A stretch of 64,000 nucleotides of DNA, taken from positions 1,678,902 to 1,742,901 of the forward strand of contig BDGG01000011.1 in NCBI GenBank assembly GCA_001949185.1, written 5' to 3'. The position numbers and the translations under genes are program-made. The notes under the pieces were generated by a model. The model worked only from the letters and a program-made list of their open reading frames with translations, was not told the DNA's origin and ran no database searches. The stretch comes from Ramazzottius varieornatus. Taxonomy: Eukaryota; Animalia; Tardigrada. The first letter of the stretch is position 1; each line of letters begins with the position of its first letter. Shown here piece by piece: positions 63,401 to 64,000 of this stretch.

Positions 63401-64000
63401 CTATAAGCCAGCAGAAGTATTTACTTACACCACTCATCTCACCTCACAGTAGGTTTCTAGCGTCAACAATAAACACTTAAGCTTTGGTCTAGCAATAATC
63501 TGTGGAACAATACAGTACTGTAAACTTAGAGCGACTCAGCGTAACACAAGCTGGACAACGTGTAAGTTAAATGCACCTGTCTGATCGTTGAGTTCAGTAT
63601 GACGGTATCGTACAAGTCTACAGCAAGCGGGGGTCCCTACTGCAGTTAAAAGAAAAACCGTCCTCAACATGCATTACAATTCCGAAAGGCTCATTATAGA
63701 TAACCGATCGATGTCCGACGCGGAAGGAGTGACGTCAAGTGGTGGGAATAGAAGCACTTCATTACGTGCAGAAGGAATGACTTTGCCATGGAAGTCTCCG
63801 AGGCAATCATCATAGCCCGGTGGGGATTCTTCCTCTTCCAGTAGAACAAAAGGTACAATGAAAATCTATGTAACAGTTTCGAGAGTTCGTTTGACACGCA
63901 GTAAATGTGCTCCACGTAGAGATACACGGGTTGGAGGAGGTGGGGCTGTTCCAACTGTAAACGGAAGCTCGACCGACAATATTTTCTGATCGTCGCTGTT

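Noticed and set aside
63694-63954. Parvovirus NS1 or SF3 helicase fragment (MMIASETSMAKS)
   Set aside because: Both Walker A glycines are missing, there is no clear Walker B, and the ORF is at the window edge.

Overview
This is eukaryotic nuclear DNA. The embedded mitochondrial copy (cox1 protein, cox1-cox2 adjacent without trnL2, arthropod-like gene order) points to a tardigrade, probably Ramazzottius-like; that identification is an inference. The left ~25 kb holds three intact spliced genes: a secreted EGF/LDLa protein (360-2380, +), SPT5 (2871-9192, -) and a COLGALT/GLT25D procollagen galactosyltransferase ending in HDEL (21880-24566, +). Between SPT5 and COLGALT lie a ~7.4 kb degenerate NUMT with two internal deletions and a decayed two-ORF PIF/Harbinger-type element. 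The right ~39 kb is transposon-rich: a Harbinger deletion derivative, a four-level nest (maT > TA-MITE > MULE-like > apparently intact pogo), a decayed MULE, several MITEs, a 237-bp-arm inverted duplication, a LEM-3/ANKLE1-like GIY-YIG ORF and a possible KDZ relic. Three things stand out. (1) Seven introns of the intact genes carry arrays of a fixed-geometry inverted motif, CAAGTGGCGCAC-N25-GTGCGCCACTTG, often at an exact 72-bp period; no such paired units were seen in the TE-rich half. (2) A decayed receptor tyrosine kinase gene has an ectodomain made of two non-catalytic GH16 beta-glucanase-like domains. (3) Some introns and intergenic stretches show PATC-like 10-bp periodic A/T runs. All calls come from reading the sequence; no searches were run.
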